Shown here: piece after piece, positions 63,556 to 64,000 of the stretch | Numbering within the stretch: the first letter of the stretch is position 1 | Layout of the letters: each line of letters starts with the position of its first letter | Program-made: the position numbers and the translations under genes | The notes under the pieces: generated by a model | Database searches by the model: none | Seen by the model: only the letters and a program-made list of their open reading frames with translations | What the model was told of the DNA's origin: nothing | Source of the DNA: Felis catus | Lineage: Eukaryota | NCBI RefSeq assembly: GCF_018350175.1 | Contig: NC_058368.1 | Span: 216,320,001 to 216,384,000 of the forward strand | Reading direction: 5' to 3' | Length of the DNA stretch: 64,000 nucleotides

Positions 63556-63777
63556 TTTTTTTTAATTTTTTTTTCAACGTTTATTTATTTTTGGGACAGA
63601 GAGAGACAGAGCATGAATGGGGGAGGGGCAGAGAGAGAGGGAGACACAGAATCAGAAACAGGCTCCAGGCTCTGAGCCATCAGCCCAGAGCCCGACGCGG
63701 GGCTCGAACTCACGGACCGCGAGATCGTGACCTGGCTGAAGTCGGACGCTTAACCGGCTGCGCCACCCAGGCGCCCC
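63556..63777 (-). mobile_element. Young felid SINE (SINEC_Fc-type)
   Basis: CpGs intact; perfect 15-bp TSD tgagctttgattatt at 63541-63555 and 63778-63792. Confidence 0.97.
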
Positions 63778-64000
63778 TGAGCTTTGATTATTAATGTCCC
63801 AGTATGTACAGGCAGAATCTAAAGGCCATGATGTCCAAAATTCACGAACAAAAAATATTAACAGAGATCGGTCAAGATAAAGATCTACCATCATAGAAAT
63901 CATCAGTCTGGGGATTTTGATATCTCTAAATGGTGGATATTTTGAGAAAGCAGAAGATAAGCTAAAGGGTATGACATTTTGATATTTGTTATAATTTGCA

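Noticed and set aside
1..64000. Short ORFs such as MAQSVKRPTSAQVMIS... and ERERQS... recurring across the window, which could look like a gene family
   Set aside because: They are translations of CanSINE sequence on either strand.
1..64000. CRISPR array, operon or other prokaryotic/viral system
   Set aside because: No regularly spaced repeat-spacer array and no long ORFs; the sequence is mammalian repeat-rich DNA.

Overview
This is AT-rich mammalian nuclear DNA, almost certainly from a felid. About 36 tRNA-derived carnivore SINEs (CanSINEs) are present, several matching the young SINEC_Fc type, along with a felid-type L1 3' end. The window looks intergenic or deep-intronic. I found no intact protein-coding gene, and every recognisable ORF in the track is a translation of a SINE, L1, ERVL or microsatellite. 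The content is layered transposon debris: CanSINEs (many with clear target-site duplications, TSDs), old and young L1 fragments, MaLR/ERVL LTRs, two ERVL-type internal remnants (one with a dUTPase relic), a clean solo LTR, MIR/L2/MER5 relics and microsatellites. I found no evidence of a new biological system. The most notable non-routine signals are a ~190-bp nested AT-rich palindrome (47.5-47.8 kb), two blocks that retain many CpGs (43.4-44.2 and 55.4-56.3 kb, the second containing a candidate exon), a 171-bp tandem duplication, a composite SINE inside one TSD, and several small duplication/inversion scars. Repeat family names come from my recall of consensus sequences, not from a database search. 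Boundaries of old elements are approximate.
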